In this document: piece by piece, positions 61,381 to 64,000 of the stretch
How the letters are laid out: each line of letters begins with the position of its first letter
How positions within the stretch are numbered: the first letter of the stretch is position 1
Assembly (NCBI GenBank): GCA_951406725.2
Contig: OX597817.1
Location: forward strand, 48,856,001-48,920,000
DNA length: 64,000 bases
DNA from: Octopus vulgaris
Lineage: Eukaryota
Direction of reading: 5' to 3'
Notes under the pieces: model-generated
The model's database searches: none
Seen by the model: only the letters and a program-made list of their open reading frames with translations
What the model was told of the DNA's origin: nothing
Made by a program: the position numbers and the translations under genes

Positions 61381-62488
61381 AAAAATATACTTACACACGA
61401 GAGGTGTAAGGAAAAATTTTGAGCCTTGAACCTTTATCTGAAGTCTTGTACCATGTTTTGCTATTTTGAGGCTTAAGACTTTTCATATACCCCTCGTATG
61501 TATATATATATATACACATAAATTTAAAGCTATTTGTGGTCTTAATTCAAATAAAAATTATGTAATAACTGAAACAAAATCAAAAATGTTGCTTCGAATG
61601 TTACATTCATCACGGAAAGAAAACTTGTTTGCATTAGGACAAGCAATATAAATTATGTGGAAAAATTTACCATTAAGCAAATCTACGCTTGGCAACTAGT
61701 CGAAACTGTAATAACAACACCCAATGTCTTAAAAATACGAAGAACGAATTATAAAATTTCAATCGCCGTGATTACCCTTTCAGTAGTGTCGATGATTCAA
61801 CTGAAATTTATTTTGGATCTATTAAAAAATTCATATAAAAGATTTAGAATGTGACATGTCTTACCTTTAATCACTATCTATACTACCCTTTAAGTTTTAT
61901 CCTACATAAACCAACAACTCTGTTCTCTTTACCGGTGATCTGAACTGTTATAATCTTTTATTTCCCATTCTTCTAACGTCCCGCGTAGAGATAGCCATGC
62001 TTAAGGTAACTGCTTATTTCATAAAATTAACATCCACTTGAAAGCTGAACATACTGGAACACCTCCGGATTTCACCAAACACACTGAAGTTCTAAACTAC
62101 TAGCTTATCTCTCTACATTATTGGTACGATTAGTCCAGTACCCAGCTTTGGCTTGCTGAGACGCTTCTAAAATATTTTGTATTCAAGACGATATCGAAAC
62201 CGTTTTCATGACACTAGCAGGCAAAATGGAAAAGGCGTTGCCCCGGATAATAGCGATGGAGCTTAATTCATCGAACTGAAAATAAAGTTGTTAACATGGT
62301 GAGTCCTTTTCTTTCTATTAAGTTGGAAACTTTGACTGAACGTTGAAATATATCTTCATTGTGTCTTTTCTATAAGTATTTCCATGGTCATTGCTCTGAT
62401 TAACTTTCTAGTTTAGTACACTTTGCCAAGATCTTTAAACGTGTCACCCGCTTCTCTTCTCAGGTGCATCGTTCACTTCGATGCTTCC

Positions 62489-62700
62489 AAAAGGGGTAAC
62501 CAACCGGCGGGTTAATTCACTAACCCGGACCCAAATTTCATCCAACCATCATTTATATTTTTAACTCCCATCCGCAAAATATATGTAAATCCATCCGTTT
62601 TTCATATATAAGAAGCGTGTTTGTACCCTAAATGTCCCTTGTTTATCCTTGTAATGTCCCCTCTATGTAAACCTTTTTATAGGTAAATAAAGAAATATCT
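62489..62700 (+). mobile_element. Very short Tx1/L1-like 3' end with 13-bp TSD cttcgatgcttcc
   Basis: Matches 51495-51712. TSD at 62476-62488 and 62701-62713. Confidence 0.87.
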
Positions 62701-63339
62701 CTTCGATGCTTCCTGTTAGTCAAATGTCCTTTTATTCTAATAGCTTCTTTCCTTGAACTGCTGCTCTCTGGAGCACACTACAATACTCTTTTCTTCTGGT
62801 TCATTCATGAAAAGTTAAAGGACTGGGGAAAGGCAGAAATGTCAGATAGATGGGATGTTGTTGGAGGAGCAAGTGAAAGAACTTGAAAATAAACTTGGTG
62901 ATGTATACGTGTTGCTTAGGGGAAGATTGGTACAGAAAAAGAGAAATAAACTCTGGAAAATATACGAGTTAAAATTTGGGGATTTCGTAGATTTTGCAGT
63001 AAAATAAGAAAAGGACAAGTAAGTGATGTTGACTGATGGGACAGTTAACATCACTTTCACCTCTCATCTATCACCTTTTTTTCCATCCTATCATTCGACT
63101 ATTTTTTTTTGATGTTTTGTGTCTCCAGTGTGTTGTAATGTCTTATCTATATAAAACCGTATGGTGAATAAAGAAATAAATACTCTTTTAAGATTTCTGT
63201 CAATTAACGTCTTTTAAATTTGTAGGGCCCTTCATTGATGTTCCTTATGCTATAGTAACATCAAACGTTGTTTGAGATAAAAATTATAAAAATATTGCAA
63301 GATGAATCAATTGATTAAACTTCAATTAGAAAATGGTAC

Positions 63340-63803
63340 TGGAAAGACTTCTGTCCCCCTCCCTCCATTTTCTCCCAAATTTGTTTAGTTTCATAATTAA
63401 TTTTTTTGCCAAAAATCGCCGTTTTTGGATACGGAGGTTCCGGAAAATTGCCAAAAATTGGCATTGTGAATTTTTTCCCCCCAACTTCTTCAATTTTAAC
63501 TTTTTTTCCAACACTAATCCTAAAACCGTAACTGTAAGTACAGAACTGTTTTGAAATGTCCGCATTTTTCCGTATATTTAAAAAACAAATTTGTAAAATT
63601 TTTTTGAAATTTTTTTCAGAATCATAATCTCCGTATTTTTCTGCATATTTTGAAAAAAAAAATTGTGTAAAAAGTTAGTGGGGTGGGGTGGGGGCAATTT
63701 AGAAATGTCGATTTTTGCCAATTTTTTGCATATTCGAAAAGCGGGGGTTGGTGTCGAAAAAAAAATTTTTTAAGGGTGATTGGCGGGGGAGGTGAAGTCT
63801 TGC
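63340..63803 (-). mobile_element. MITE-like repeat, inverted copy of 59788-60238
   Basis: Reverse-complement similarity along the whole length. Confidence 0.72.
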
Positions 63804-64000
63804 CATGGTGCCATTAGAATTTGAATATAAATAAGCATTCAATTTTATCAAACCTCGCGTCGATAAAATTAAATGCTTATGTAATACAAATATTACAGTA
63901 AAAAAATAAATATCCATTAAAGACTGGAATTAGAAATAAAGAACCGCAAAACTTAGTATTTATTGAAGCCGATTCTAAAATGGGTTTGCATTTAATATGG

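Overview
AT-rich, repeat-dense animal genomic DNA. The SINE, Penelope and microsatellite content resembles an octopus (coleoid cephalopod) genome; this is an inference. One protein-coding gene spans most of the window on the minus strand: an organic anion transporting polypeptide (OATP/SLCO, most like SLCO4A). I reconstructed it by hand as 11 coding exons (55725 to 3355), all with GT-AG junctions and matching phases, giving 2019 nt and 672 aa. An upstream non-coding exon is likely. The introns are filled with tRNA-derived SINEs, Penelope-like elements (PLEs), RTE, Tx1/L1, CR1 and CRE LINE remnants, mariner/Tc1, hAT and other MITEs, a Helitron-like insert, minisatellites and long inverted repeats. 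Almost all ORFs in the supplied track are repeat artefacts. The most notable signals are: (i) about 10 minimal type-I hammerhead-ribozyme-like motifs, mostly sense to the host pre-mRNA; (ii) a sequence-divergent multi-hairpin module with apparently compensatory stems next to two of those hammerheads, one in a 287-bp cassette flanked by a 66-bp direct repeat; (iii) a PLE with a tRNA-like head in its 3' end and free-standing tRNA+hammerhead derivatives; (iv) an intron-containing tRNA-Leu pseudogene fused to a LINE tail; (v) a ~380-bp-arm hairpin. All calls are by eye; no searches or folding were run.
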